Shown: positions 12,447 to 25,149, numbered from the stretch's first letter. The stretch is 64,000 bases of DNA from Callorhinchus milii (GCF_018977255.1 NW_024704742.1:6574001-6638000); one strand, 5' to 3'. Numbers and translations are program-made. The notes: generated by a model not told the origin, from the letters alone.

Positions 12447-12607
12447 GGGCCCAAAATTTCATCTAACCTTCTCTGTAAGATGGCATGGAGTTTTAGAAAA
12501 TTTTAAACGTAGTCTTAATTTGGAAGTCAGCTTCTTTTTCAGAACCGTGGAAAACTGGTTCCCAAATTAAGACTAAATTTAACATTTTGTCCAAATCCAG
12601 TCTATGC
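12447..12607. mobile_element. Palindromic MITE-like element (related pieces at about 7440-7523, 17650-17800, 49137-49320)
   Basis: Perfect 14-bp inverted repeat tagtcttaatttgg (12510-12523) / ccaaattaagacta (12562-12575); end word ggcccaaaatt(t/c)catcta shared with 7501-7522 (reverse complement) and 49137. Confidence 0.55.
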
Positions 12608-12619
12608 TTTTGGTTTCAA

Positions 12620-13330
12620 AGAAACAATTTGTAATGTCTCTCATGTAGGAGAACGTCTGAAAGTGCTTTACAAAAACGCGTTGTAAAGTATGTACAGTGC
12701 AGTATTTGTTCATTGAACATCATGCCTGCACACGATGGCGACGGGTGAAAATATTCTTGGGTGGGAGGGATCAGGAGGGGTGGAGGGCAGGGAGGGTAGG
12801 AGTACGAGGGTAAGTGAAGGCGTAGTCGAAGAGGAGGGTCTTGAGACAGGCTTTGAAGGAGGCAAAGGAGGGAACGAGGCGAAGGGAGTGTGGGATGGAG
12901 TTCCAAAGACTGGGGGAGGACAGGCTGAATGCCCGACCGCTAATAGTGGGGCAGGCCGGGCAGCGGATGGAGAGGCTGGAGTCCGCTGAGTGGAGGGAGC
13001 GGACAGGTTGGTATGGGGTTAGCAGGTCACAGAGGTAGGGCGGAGCAAGGCCGTGGCAGGCTTTGAAGGAAAGGACGAGGATTTTGAACTCTATCCTCTG
13101 TGGGATGGGGAGCCAGTGGAGTCGGGCGAAGGTGGGGTGATGGGGTCATGCAGCCTGGGGCGGGAGAGGACATGAGCGGCAGAGTTCTGAATAATCGGCA
13201 GCTTGTGGAGGAAAGAGTTGGGAAGACCAAAAAGCAGGTAGTTAGAGTAATAAAGCCTGGATGTGATTAATGGGTGAGGGTCTCAGAAGCCTGAGGGGAG
13301 AGGGAGTGGCGGAGCCTGGCAATATTGCTG
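12620..13330 (-). mobile_element. L2 LINE 3' fragment
   Basis: Minus strand translates HWLPIPQRIEFKILVLSFKACHGLAPPYLCDLLTPYQPVRSLHS, the typical L2 ORF2 C-terminal motif. Confidence 0.92.
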
Positions 13331-13784
13331 GCAAAGTATGGAAATGGATCACTGACAATTTCAGTTACACACGGCTATGATTCTTCCAAGCCTATTCTGT
13401 GGCTTGTACTGTTTACGTAGGTACAAATAAACAATGTCAGACTAACCCTGGCCAACAGTCAAACATCAGGAATCTCTCTTCAGTCTCCACAAAATAAGTA
13501 CAGAAGTATTTCAACAACTCAACAGTCTTTTTTCCATTTACAAAAATATAAGCTTTTAATTCTGAATCCCACAAGAATACTAGAAATTTATATCCATTTA
13601 TATAAATTTATATGAAGACCCTTTGAAGGCGGTAAATAAAAGAATTAGCACAGTAGAAAAACTGTTTTTACCAGCAAAAGTGCAAAGCAGTGCTTACTGA
13701 CAATATAGTATACAAACAGCCAAGTCTCCTCCCTGTCTCTTTCAATCTAAGCTGCTTATCGTGAGCTCAAACCCTCAACAGTTA

Positions 13785-14249
13785 GGGTATTCCAGGGCAC
13801 TGTTGATGACAGCGCAGCCCAGCCTGGCTCATTGGCAGGACCTGGAAAGGCAGACTAGTCACTGAGGGCAGGGATTCATCCCACTCAGTTCCTGTTAACC
13901 CTGCAAGCCAAAGCCCTAATGGGTAGGGTGGTCCCAGCTGGACAAGCAGTGGCAAAGCTTGCCAGACAGCAATATCAATGGTAAGCTATGCGGTTTTAAC
14001 TGGTTAGACTCCAACAGTTACCCCAACGCACACTCTGGGTCCCCAAGCCTTGTGTCTTGCCAACCTGCACCTAATACTTTCCGGAATTAGGTAAGCAGGA
14101 TGTGTCCCTCCAGGGAGAGAAAGCGCCAATCTATCTCTTGGATTTCCATGTGTAGGTGGGATGCATGGAAATCTCAATTTGGTTTGGACACTCTTAAGCA
14201 CGGTGATGGGTTTCCGCATGCGTCAGACACCTGGCTGTCCAAAAAAAAC
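13785..14249 (+). mobile_element. Family X retroposon in sense orientation, ending in poly-A
   Basis: Reverse complement of the 9470 copy; ends gtcagacacctggctgtccaaaaaaaa. Confidence 0.85.
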
Positions 14250-14639
14250 ACAGTTAGCCCATTTTAGTAGTGTACCCACACCTCTACAATGTTCTTTGTT
14301 CTAGCTGAAGCATTGAATTTTACTTGGGCTTCAAAGGACGTGTTCTATAGAAGTATGAAAGAACTTGACCATTGTCTTTGGCCGTTGTCTAACTCTTAAC
14401 ACGTTCACACATGAGCTTGACCAACCTGAGAATAATATTCTCTAAACCATTTCCAGATGTTTCTGAGTCCAGTATATATTTTCTGTACATATATAGAGGC
14501 CCGACAGCTTTCGATGCAGAAACTGATGCATTATTTTATGAATCTAGTGGAAAAAGAAACTGCATCCAAAATAACTTTTATCAATATTTGTGAGATAATA
14601 CGGATCTGAACCTTGCTGTCTGTATCAGTCTTGTGTTAG

Positions 14640-14932
14640 AATAACATTCTCCCCGATTGCCTACCTTTACTCCCATTCTAAGATGATTTTGGTCATTTAT
14701 AGTCACCCTCTAGAACTCCATCCTACATTCCCTTTGCCTCTCTACCTCAGGGCATGCCTCAAGATTCTCCTCTTCGACTGTGCCTTCGGCCATCCTCTCT
14801 GCACTTCCTCCCCCCTGATCCCAACACACCTCCACACCTTTGCTCAAGTCCTACTCCCTAATCTCTGACTGTTCAGTGCTTTGAGACATTCTCCCGACAT
14901 GAAAGGCACATTACAAATGTCATTTTGTGTTG
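14640..14932 (+). mobile_element. L2 LINE 3' end
   Basis: ctcaagattctcctcttcgactgtgccttcgg and tail gtgctttgagacattctcccgacatgaaaggc, as in the 57000 copy. Confidence 0.75.
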
Positions 14933-15371
14933 TATGTATTAGTGTACCTGTGTACCATCTTCACAGGTTTGCCTGCAGCGAGGAAGAGATGTGAGGGTTG
15001 AATGGATCTATTGGTATTATAATTTATTTGCCATTTGCTAATACTATATTTGTATATCTATGTAATATAGCTTTAAAATTGTCTTGCCCTTTCCAAAAGG
15101 AAGAATGTTTTACATGTACGTTTAATGATTTCTTTATGTATGCAAGATCCATCAATCTACTAATGTCTTTCCTTTCTGTTGTTTTCACTAATGCGAATGG
15201 CCATGATGCTTTGTGGTTTGGAGCTCCTCCTGTGGCCTGACATGTAATAAAGCTTTATTGACCCCTCAGAAGTGTGTGTAATGTTTTGTTCTTTCTTCTA
15301 CTGTTCAGAGCTACTGTGCAGGAGACTGACATGACTGGTGGAGCTATGACAATGCAGGACACAACATAATG

Positions 15372-15508
15372 TGGAGTCCTGTAGCTCAGTGGTTAGAGCA
15401 CTCGCCTCACAAGTGAATGACCTGGTTTCAATTCCCGGGCAGGGCAAAACGATGGGCAAGTTTCCTTACTCCACACCCTCTGTTTACCTAGCAGTAAGTA
15501 GGAACCCC
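15372..15508 (+). mobile_element. Family A SINE, 5' part only
   Basis: ggagtcctgtagctcagtggttagagc (A box), B box, core up to agtaggaaccc. Confidence 0.9.
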
Positions 15509-15689
15509 AAATTCTGAATGGAGCAGTACATGCCCACAAACTGACCTACCACTGGTTCCTGGGTGGGTTGATTCAATGTGTACCTTTGGAAAGTTGTCTC
15601 CTATACATGGTTGCTTGCTCACGTAGCCTTGTTCTACTCTTCAACTAACTCATCAGAGGACCCCTTGCATGACTCCAGGCTGCAATGAC

Positions 15690-16040
15690 AATACAATTTA
15701 CATTTATTTAACGCCTTTCACATTGTAAGGACATTTCAAATGTATTTACACAAGGCATCCAAGCCCTGGAGGGGGATGGTGGTGAAGGGAAGAGCATGGT
15801 CAAAGAGGTAAGTCTTGAGGTGGGCTTTGAGCGTGCGAAATGGAGCAAGGAATGAGACAGAAGGACTTTTGGATAGTGCTCCAGAGAGTGGGAGCAGAAA
15901 GGCTGAAAGCTCAACCTCTGATGGTGGGACAGATAGGGCAGAGGACCTGAAGCAAGCCAGTGTTCAACAGGGTTGCAGGAGATTGAGAAGTCAGATGGGG
16001 CAAAGCCTTGGAGAGATTTGAATTTCATTTGGCAAATTGG
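15690..16040 (-). mobile_element. L2 LINE 3' fragment
   Basis: Reverse-complemented L2 tail (cgcctttcacattgtaaggacatttcaaa) plus purine-rich L2 3' body. Confidence 0.7.
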
Positions 16041-17109
16041 TTCCACCACTTCCTACTTTGGTGGGCTAGAGGAGTTGTGCACCTTCCTTGGAATATCTGA
16101 ATGCATTGAACCAAAGCCAAATACAAAGATAAAATGGCATGAACTCTTTTAGCTCATTTGTACCCAGTAATGTTTACTCTCCAGTGTCTTAGTTTCCAGC
16201 TATTTAACCCTACATTGTTTGACTTTCAGCTTTGCTGATCAACATAAGTCACCAGCAAAATGTGTTGTGAGGTTCATGACTGATATCCTAGAATTGTATC
16301 GTTCAGCCTTCATTTTACGATTCTGCTCATTGTTCTTCATTTGGCGCTTGCCAGTTGCGTTTTCCAGCACAAAAAAACATTGGCCAATGGAGGAAGGGAA
16401 AAGAAGAATAACAGTATAAACAGCCTCAGAACTAAATCCTTTATTTAAACTTTACGAGTTTTTGTCATCCACGCTAGGCATTTGCCTATAAATAGGCAGA
16501 CCAATATACTCGACAGTAAATCCTGGGATGTGCTTGGAGATGCTTCAATGTCGAGATAAGGCACTATAACAAATGCAAGGATTATTATTTGTATTATTAT
16601 TGATATGAGTTCTCGGATTAGTCTCCCATTAAAATTCTCAGCAGTTTCTATTGTGGTCACTCATCCATTAGTCACAGAGTTGAAACTAGCCAAACCAATT
16701 TCACCTACTCACAGCAGAGCAAAAACCTTTTACTCCATTGGTCTCGGCTGACATTAAACCAGCATGCCTTAGTTATCTTTGCCACGCAGTAACTGGGGTC
16801 TTTTTCAGATTTGTTTTCGTAATCTAGTGACACATTTCATTCTTGAGCATAGAATCAAAAAGAACTAAGAAAGACAGTAGTCCTTTAAGACAGGCTGAAA
16901 AATATATAAAGTGATCTGAATTTGTCATGTTAATATGCCAAGCACATTTAGAAAATATATATAATATTCCGGGATTCAACTGATCCGAATTCTGAAATGC
17001 TAAGTGAATGCATGATGGCCTGGTCCCTACACTATGTATCTGTGTATATGTGCATGAGTGAGTGTGTGTGTACCATTCCCCCAATTTAGTGTGTACATGA
17101 CATTATCAT

Positions 17110-17433
17110 AATAATAATAATAATAATCCTTGCATTTGATATAGCGCTTTTCACGTCGGGAGGACGTCCCAAAGTGCTTCACAGAACACACTGTAAAGTG
17201 AATTGACTGTATATTTGTGGGCGAACGCGGCAGCCAATTGCGCACAGCAATGTCCCACAATCAGTCGTAGATTGAAAAATGACCAACTTAATTATTGTTT
17301 TTGGTTTTTTGGAGGGATTATTATTAGGCGTGTGGAGTAAGGAAACTTGCCCAAGGTTTCACCCTCTGCCTGGAATTGAACTCAGGTCTCTCACTTGCAA
17401 AGCGAGTGCTCTAACCACTGAGCTACAGGACTC
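17110..17433 (-). mobile_element. Family A SINE with internal deletion
   Basis: Tail and head intact; middle segment missing relative to 11344-11730. Confidence 0.92.
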
Positions 17434-17944
17434 CATAAGATCATCTTATCTCTTTAGAATTGCATTGTTTCAGAAATTGAATAAAAGCTGCATTTTTATT
17501 AAAATTTTCCATTTATTGCACTATTATTTGGATTATCATCTTCCATAATCCCTGGAATATGAAGATCCAAACTAGTCCATCTTTACTCAACTCTAACATC
17601 CTTCTCAGAATGTTTACTAACCTGATCACTGGTGATATATTTCACCCGGGTCTAGATTTACTTTATTTATACACCATTTTACGATGTCCAGGATTTGGCA
17701 AATGGTTTAATTCAATCTTAAATTTGAAGCCGGTTTTTCTGTAGCCCTTAAAAGAATTTACAAAACAGCTTCAAAATTAAGACTGTATTTAAGATCTAAA
17801 ATGTTACACGGTTTTTCATTGTATCACGTATCAGTGTCCACATTACTGTAAACAATTCAGACTCTATTAAAATATTTAACATTTAAATAAGTTTATTCCA
17901 GATTGACTATGCTTTCAGATAAATCTCAAATGTAAAATGCTTCA

Positions 17945-18350
17945 ACAACAACATGGTTTGCATTTATATTTCGCCCTTCATGCAGGGTAATGCCTTGGAG
18001 TGCTGGTCAATGACATAGTTTAATGCCATACCAAGGAGAAAGAGAAGGCACTCAAAGAGGAAAGTCTTCAGGTCTGATCTAAAGACACGTAAAATAGGAG
18101 CAAGGCCGAGGGATTGATGCAGGGAGATCCAGAGGTTTAGCTTGTAGTGTCTGAAGGCACGGCCGCCGATGGTGGAGCGGACGGATCAAGGAAAGCAAAA
18201 GGCCCGAGCCAGATGAGTGAAGGGGACGAATAGAGGAGTGGGGTGTGAGCAGGTCAGAGAGATAGGGAGGTGCCAGGGCATGAAGTGATTTGTTAGTGAG
18301 TTTGAAATCAACGCATTCTCCGACAATTGACCCAGTAGAGCTTGGATATC
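17945..18350 (-). mobile_element. L2 LINE 3' fragment
   Basis: ctgaaggcacggccgccgatggtggagcg and gagcaggtcagagagatagggaggtgccagggcatg (reverse complement encodes HALAPPYLSDLL). Confidence 0.8.
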
Positions 18351-20402
18351 ATCAAGTTATTGTTTAGCACCATTTGAAGAGTTAAGTAATATACAGCAAG
18401 ACTACAAAATTTTAATCCTTGCATTTGATATAGAGTCTTGTCATGTCAATAGAAACATGTCAAAGGATTTTACTTTAAAGTGAGGTGATTGCACACTTAT
18501 AGGCAAATGCTGCAGCTAATTTGGATACAGAAATATCTCACAATACAGTCATGAAGTGAGTGATCAATTTCATCTGGGGAATTGTTGGCCGGAACATTCC
18601 TTCTCTTTTCAAGTAGCCTCACAAAATAAGACAAACACAAGTGAAATCTGTGTTTTAACTAATGACATTAACATCTGAACTTATTTTCATGGAGTCACAC
18701 ATCCCAAAACAATGTTTATTGGGGGAAAAAAATCATTTCTGTAATAAATCAATCCAATACTGATGGCTAAGAGCTAAGCTGTTATCAAATTTCTTAGCTT
18801 TAAGAAAGCAAGGTCAATATTCTAGGTCAATAATGGATGATTATCACAATTGTATTTAGTGCTGAGTGGAAAGAGAGGTGAGAGAAATGTTCTAGGAACT
18901 GTGCTACTTTAATAATCCTTATATTTGATACGGCACCTTTTATATCAGGAGGACGTCTCAAGCGCTTCACAGAATTTACTGTAAAGTATAATAACTGTGT
19001 GTTTTGTGAGCAAACAAGGCAACCAACTTGCACACAGCAATGTCCCACAAACTTGATGAGAGAATTTGACGAGAATCCGATGAAAATAAACTTAATGATG
19101 TGATGTATAGTTCCCAAATGATACGAGCGTTATGGTTTCCATTCCTCATGCTGGACTGTGACGGACCCCTTATCAGGAATGGTTTTCACTTGTTTGTAAC
19201 CATCAAATGCTATTCTGTAAGATGACAGCTACACATACTCAAATTGAGCAGAGAGCACTTAAGCAAAGTGTCCTTATAATGAGTGTCCTTATAGCACAGA
19301 GCTCTGATGGTTAAAACCCTGCTTTACTTCGTTCAATGCAAAAGTTCACAACTGTTTAAAGCACTGCTAGAGGACGTGCAAACCAACACAGACATTGTAT
19401 CCTTTGTACAAAGGCAATTTTGCAAAGAACTTTCTTGTGTGAATGACCTGCCCGGGCAACATGACTCTCTCTTTCAATTGGATTTATGTTTCAGCAATTA
19501 GTTTAGATTTTCATTTACACTGTGACTGTGAAAAAATTGCCTTGTGTACCCTGCTATTAACTGTACAATATACGTCACACCGAAAGTAGTGCTTTGGCAC
19601 AGTCTATACAAAGGATACTCCACAGAGGCGAGGGGGAAGTACAGCTTGAAAGCATATGTTATCATGTTGTTACAATTTTGTGTTGGTAATCTTACACCTT
19701 TAATATCATACACATGTTGTTAATCATATACCACCTGTATACCTATGCAGCGCAATCAGCATGATGCTAACAATGCCAGACGTTTTGAACATGATACATG
19801 TAACAGAGCCAGGAATCAAAGGGGCAGGCGCTCATTTGGTATTCACTCTAATTCACTGTAGTCTAAACATACCTTTAGACAGTAAATTGTATTTCCATTC
19901 CTTTGCAGATTTGATCTCACTGTTCCTTGGATTCCTAAAATCCTTTGATTCAATGACATACAATATTCAAGGAGCAACACACGGATTAAAGACCAATATA
20001 TAGTGCTTATTTGATATGATCTCAGATTAGTCACAGTGGAAAGCAGTGTGTACAGAAACAAACCTGTTTGTTGCCTTGTTCAAAGTAGACCATGCAGTGC
20101 TGGGAATTTGTAGCATTGCCGGAGGTGCCGTCATCTGATGAGATGTTAAAATTGTTCAGGTGGACCTTAAAGATCCTATGGCAATACTCGAAAAGAGAAG
20201 GGAGTTTCTTCTGATGTCATGGTCACTTATCCTCCAAATAAAATTGCTCATTCACTTCATGGCTGTTTGTAGTATGTTGCTTTGTGCAAATTGGCTACTA
20301 CGTTTGCCTGAAAAAACAGTCAATGCATTTTACAGTAAATCCTGTGAAGCGCTTTGAGATGGTTCAACAATGTGATATGCCACTATTTCAAATGCAAGCA
20401 TT

Positions 20403-22195
20403 TATTATATACACTAGTGTTTGAGCACTACTCAGATTTGTGTCACATAAACATTCAGGCTGATGAGGCAACGTAGTTCTGAGGACAGATTCAACAACAT
20501 TGGGGCTGTTTTCCTGCAATATTGGATTCTATAAGCTGTTCAAATGTAGAAATCCCTAAAATATTGAATAGGACATGACTGAGGCAGAGCCTTTGAACAC
20601 CAATCTCAGTACCAATGTCGGTGAAACTAGGTTTCCTATTGGCCATTTGGTTTGTGAATCATTGTCTGCTTGTGGCAATTTTTTAATACAATTGTAGTAT
20701 GAATTGTTGTGGAGTCCTGTAGCTTAGTGGTCAGAGCACTTGCCTCGCAAATGGGAGGACCTGGGTTCAATTCCTGGCAGGATGAAACATTGGGTACGTT
20801 TCCTTACTCCACACACCTCTGTTTCCTCAGCAGTAACTAGGAACCCAGTTGTTAGTCGATTGGCAAATTGCTTTTCTGGATGTAATAATTCCTTCCAAAA
20901 AAAATTCTTAATTCCTCCAAATTCCTTAATAATTCCTTCCACTGCTGTGTGCAATTGGCTGCTGCGTTTTGCCCACAAAACATACAGTCAATTCACTTTA
21001 CAGTATATTCTGTGAAGCACTTTGACATGTCTAGAAGACATGATAAGGAGCTATATCGAATGCAAGGATTATTATTATTATATGAATGAGTTCTTACGAA
21101 TATATTGGCAAATAAAGGGTCTGTCTGTTTGTCAGATCAGGGTAATCTCTATCCAACAGTCTGAAAATTCCTAAATTTAAAGTAATTTTTCAGAATCAGA
21201 AAAGGTTAAGAGCGATCCAATAGAATTCTTGAGTGGATAAATAATTAAGGTGGTGGGGGTATGTTTTTCTTCTTTCAAAAAGGGTTATTAGAATATGGAA
21301 TGCTTTGCCACATTTGACTATCTAAACTAGGTCTCTGACAACCTTTTCCAAATGAAATTGTTTCTTTTCAATCAGGTGTTGAATGTAAAATGCATTTAAA
21401 CGCTTATTAAGCGTTTAATAAGTCAGGATTAAACACTTTGGGTGCATTGGAGCAGTTGGCACCTGTAATACACTCCATAGGATGAATGACCTCTTCGTAT
21501 GCTGAATTTTTAATAGTAGAACATTTTGTAAATGAGCACTGGTGTTATTTTATCACTCGCGCCAATTATTGCCCCAGTGAGCACCATTATTGCAATCTAG
21601 CAATCCGAAAGTCATACCATGGAATGACCACAAATGTTAGCATTCTGTCCCTTTTACTCATCTCCTTCTCTCTCTCCCCACCCGACTTTAATCAGTTGCC
21701 ATCTTTGATACTGGCATTCTTGTTTGAGTTTTTCTTGTCCTAAAGAGCGTGTTGAGCACTTTTTCATTTTAAGAGTTCTTTTCTTGGACTGAATATGCTT
21801 AAAGCTTATGATCTGCTTTTCTCGGCCCGGGATACCGCATTCCATATTTGAGGCCAGGCAAAACCCAGAATTTGTTCATCTCTGAAATCTGAAAAATGAG
21901 TGTTCGGGAAAAGCAAGAAGTAACGCCAATTCCTTAACCCCAGTTTCAAACACAATCATGTATTATATAGACTGGTGTTTGACCACTATCCAGATTTGTG
22001 TCACATAACCATTCATGCTGATGAGGCAATGTAATTCTGAGGACAGGCTCGAAACGTTGGGGCTGTTTTCTCGGAATATTAGATTCTATAATGCAGTTCA
22101 AATGTAGAAATCTCCAAAATATTGAATAGTATGTGGCTGAGACAGAGCCTTTGAACACCAATCTCAGTACCAATGAACGTGAAACTGGGTTTTCC
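20403..22195 (+). mobile_element. Decayed Penelope-like element: two ~235-bp direct repeats (20403-20637, 21961-22192) with a GIY-YIG remnant before the second; SINE inserted at 20711-21080
   Basis: The direct repeats align visibly and both contain gCTGATGAgg; the second continues to tcGAAAcgttg. 21540-21650 reads GVI../YCPSEHHYCNLAIRKSYHGMTT (cf. GVIYxxxCPxxxC...YIGxTT); about 21865-21945 reads NLFISEI...P.LNP (cf. LxIxExxxI...PxLN). Confidence 0.55.
20711..21080 (+). mobile_element. Family A SINE, full length
   Basis: ggagtcctgtagcttagtggtcagagc head through aatgcaaggattattattat tail. Confidence 0.95.
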
Positions 22196-22529
22196 ACTCC
22201 CATCCAGGAGGTGAATGTACTTTGGAACATCTACCAGATGTGAAAGGCGCTATATAAATATAAATTGTATTGTGTTGTAGAGAAACATACTGCTCGATCT
22301 CCAAATGCGATTTAAGCAAACAACATAAGATGACTCTGATTCGAAAATAAAAATCAACTTCAAAGCAACGGAAAAACAATCTGATTATAAATCAAGATGA
22401 TATCAATCAAAAGCTTTCTCATTTTAATATTTGCCCATTTTCATTCCCAGACACTGGTAATTGGGTAAGTTGGCTATCAATCAACAATAGCATTTACATC
22501 TCCGTAACAATTGGAGGCAAAATAGACCA

Positions 22530-22746
22530 TTTTTACATCATTTACTTAAAAAATTGTGAGCTCAGCCTTTTCTCTAAATTAATAGCAACTGTTCATCTTG
22601 TGTTATAATCATCAAAAAAAAGCTCAATCCACATACGTTTTTACTTCATTGACTTAAAAAAATTCTTCAACTCAGCGCTTTCTCTAAATTAAGAGCAACT
22701 GTTTCATCTTGTGTTATATTCAGTGAATCAAACGTAGTCCGCGTAC
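22530..22746. repeat. Imperfect tandem duplication, unit about 109 bp x2
   Basis: tttttac.tcatt.acttaaaaaa...ctcagc..tttctctaaattaa.agcaactgtt..catcttgtgttata occurs at 22530 and again at 22639. Confidence 0.9.
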
Positions 22747-23407
22747 CTGAGACTTCAAGGCAGTTATCTGAATACTGAATAAGGGACAGCTCCTATTGCA
22801 ATTTTGGAGTTACCAATTTGGATGAGATGTTAAATCAAGGCCCCTTATGTATATTCACGAGGCCGGTGAAGAACTCAAGGCCTATTTGAAAAGTGCATTT
22901 GTTCCAACAATTCCCAGATTCAATTGTTCGGTCAATTCATGGCTGTTTGTGGGATAATGCAATGTGCAAATTGAATCCTGCCTTCACCTACACAGTAACT
23001 ACACTTTACAATAAATCCTGTGTGTTGCTTGAGATGTTTTGACAATGTGATTAGAATTGAATGCAATTAGAATCGATGTAATAATACATAATAATAATCA
23101 TTGCATTTGATACAGTAAACTTTTCATATCGAGAGAAGGTCTCTAACACTTCATCGGATGTACTATCATAAAATGAATAACCAATTTTATATTCAGGGAT
23201 TGATGGCCAGGACACCGGGAAAAACTATTTTTTTGAAGAGTCTCGAAATGGGGCTTGAACCCACAAACTTCTGACTCAGAAGCAAGAATGCTACCAACTG
23301 AGCAAGGCTGAGTGCACTTCCATGAGCATCAGTCACCCACTGATACCCTCACCCAAGTTGTCATTATTCCTGTGCGAGTCCTGTCAACGCTATGGTAGTT
23401 TGGAGGA

Positions 23408-23860
23408 ATTTCTTTTGGTCAGCCAGGTGTCTCGCAGATGCTAAGATCCATCACCGTGCTTAGGAATATCCAAACCAAATTAAGTTCCATGTTGGCTACC
23501 TATACATATGAATTTCTGTGTCTGGAATGCAAGGGGCACTCTCTCCCCAGAGGGACTAGCCTTGCTGACCAGAAAGTGTCAGGTCCAGATCAAAGTGGGT
23601 GTTGGGGAATTGGGGAACTGTGGGAGTTTAACCAGCTGAATCCGCACAGCTTGACATTGAAAGAAATCTCGCCGCTGACCATCTAGGATTGCTTTACCTG
23701 TTAGGGTTTGGGCTTGAAGGCTTCACAGGAGCTAATTGGGAAAACTCCCAGCGATTGAGGACTGGTCTGACAAACCAGCTGGCTGCTCAGTCATTAACAC
23801 TTCCCTGGAGTATGGCAGATCTGCCTGGTATAGGAACTGGTCTACCAAACCAGTGGCGGA
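23408..23860 (-). mobile_element. Family X retroposon copy
   Basis: tttcttttggtcagccaggtgtct start; gcactctctccccagaggga; gttagggtttgggcttg. Confidence 0.75.
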
Positions 23861-24419
23861 ATTAATGCAGGGAGGGGAGGCGACTGCCTGCCTTGACAGG
23901 TTTCAGCTTGACATATGCATGGCATCTTTAACTCCTGCTCCAGCTCTCTTCCTGTCGTTCTCTGCACTGCCTCAAGCCTCATACAACCTCGTAAAAGCAG
24001 TGCGTAGAGGAAAGGGAAGAGAAATCGGACAGGGACAGGAGCTGGAAAGTGATGGGAAGAGAGGCAGAGTGGGAGGTATGAGGCAGCACAGAGAGCAACA
24101 GGAAGATGACACCACTACTGGCCCATCGCACTCTTCCCCCCACCCACCAACAACGCACCCCCCCCACCTCCCACTCTCCCTCACCCCTTCTCCAGTTGCA
24201 AAATCTGGCTCTACCACTGCTGAAAACACCACATTAATGTATTTTAATTGATTGAATTCCAACATTCTATTGGCAAGCATCGTGTTACATTGGAGCCAGT
24301 AAATAAAATGGAACCAGTTCAGCTCCAAGGAGATTATGCTTAGCCCCCAGCCCCCACCCCCAGGAGGATAGTGTGCTTTTTGGGCAGGAGTATCGGAGTA
24401 TCACATACAAGCACAATTA

Positions 24420-24650
24420 TGCCTTCTTCCTCTGTCCACATGTGTACTTTCCAACAGAAGTCTCTAGAGAACTTTCAAGAGTATGAACCCTGGCTATTTT
24501 TCCTTCTCTTATATCTATGAGAATATTTCAAAGGACTTTACATTGATGGGGTACTGCAGTTAATTCAAGTGTCCCCACTATTCCCCCCGGCTGAGCTGGA
24601 TTCAGGATTCAGACTTTCTAGAGTGTATGGCTGATGCTACATTAGACATT
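24420..24650 (-). mobile_element. Old SINE resembling AmnSINE2
   Basis: Reverse complement contains ggaaaaatagccagggttcatactc...ctgttggaaagtacacatgtggaca, matching my recollection of the AmnSINE2 core; no search was run. Confidence 0.45.
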
Positions 24651-24659
24651 TCGAGGACA

Positions 24660-24831
24660 TTTCAAGGTTGAGACTGACACATTTTTTAAAAATATGGGGA
24701 TATGGGGATAGGGCAGGTAATTAGAGTTAGGTCGGAAGATCAGCCATGATCTTATCGAATGGCGGGGCACAGGCTCGAGGGGCCGAATGGCCTACTCCTG
24801 CTTCTAATTCTTATGTTCTTATGTTCTTATG
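24660..24831 (+). mobile_element. CR1 3' terminus
   Basis: gatcagccatgatcttatcgaatggcgggg...ggccgaatggcctactcctgct then (ttcttatg)n; reverse complement of the 4617 end. Confidence 0.93.
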
Positions 24832-25149
24832 CAGACAATGCCTTTATTTAAGATTCAACGTCCCTATCAGGAGATATTTTGACTCAAGGTTCAAAGCGAC
24901 CCTCTAAATGTTAAAGCAAGAGGATACACGGAACTATAATATATTTGTAGAAATCATATCCATTTCCGAAATGTTATGTGACAATTTGATCAGAACTATT
25001 ACTCTGGAGGACGGTGTGCACTTTTGTTGGTGTATCATTTTTATCCTTCTGACAGAACAAGTATTTATGAGCTAAAAATACAACGTCTGAATTAAAAATT
25101 GGCATCCGAGTTCCCAAATGGAGTAATGAATCATGACACCAGCGCTAGG

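Noticed and set aside
15372..15446. tRNA-like sequence with A and B boxes (also 11655-11730, 20711-20785, 26600-26671, 45617-45690)
   Set aside because: Always continues into the SINE body; acceptor stem and anticodon vary between copies. These are SINE heads, not tRNA genes
23736..24328. Overlapping 171-aa and 118-aa ORFs
   Set aside because: Start inside family X and run through low-complexity purine- and C-rich sequence; no recognisable domain
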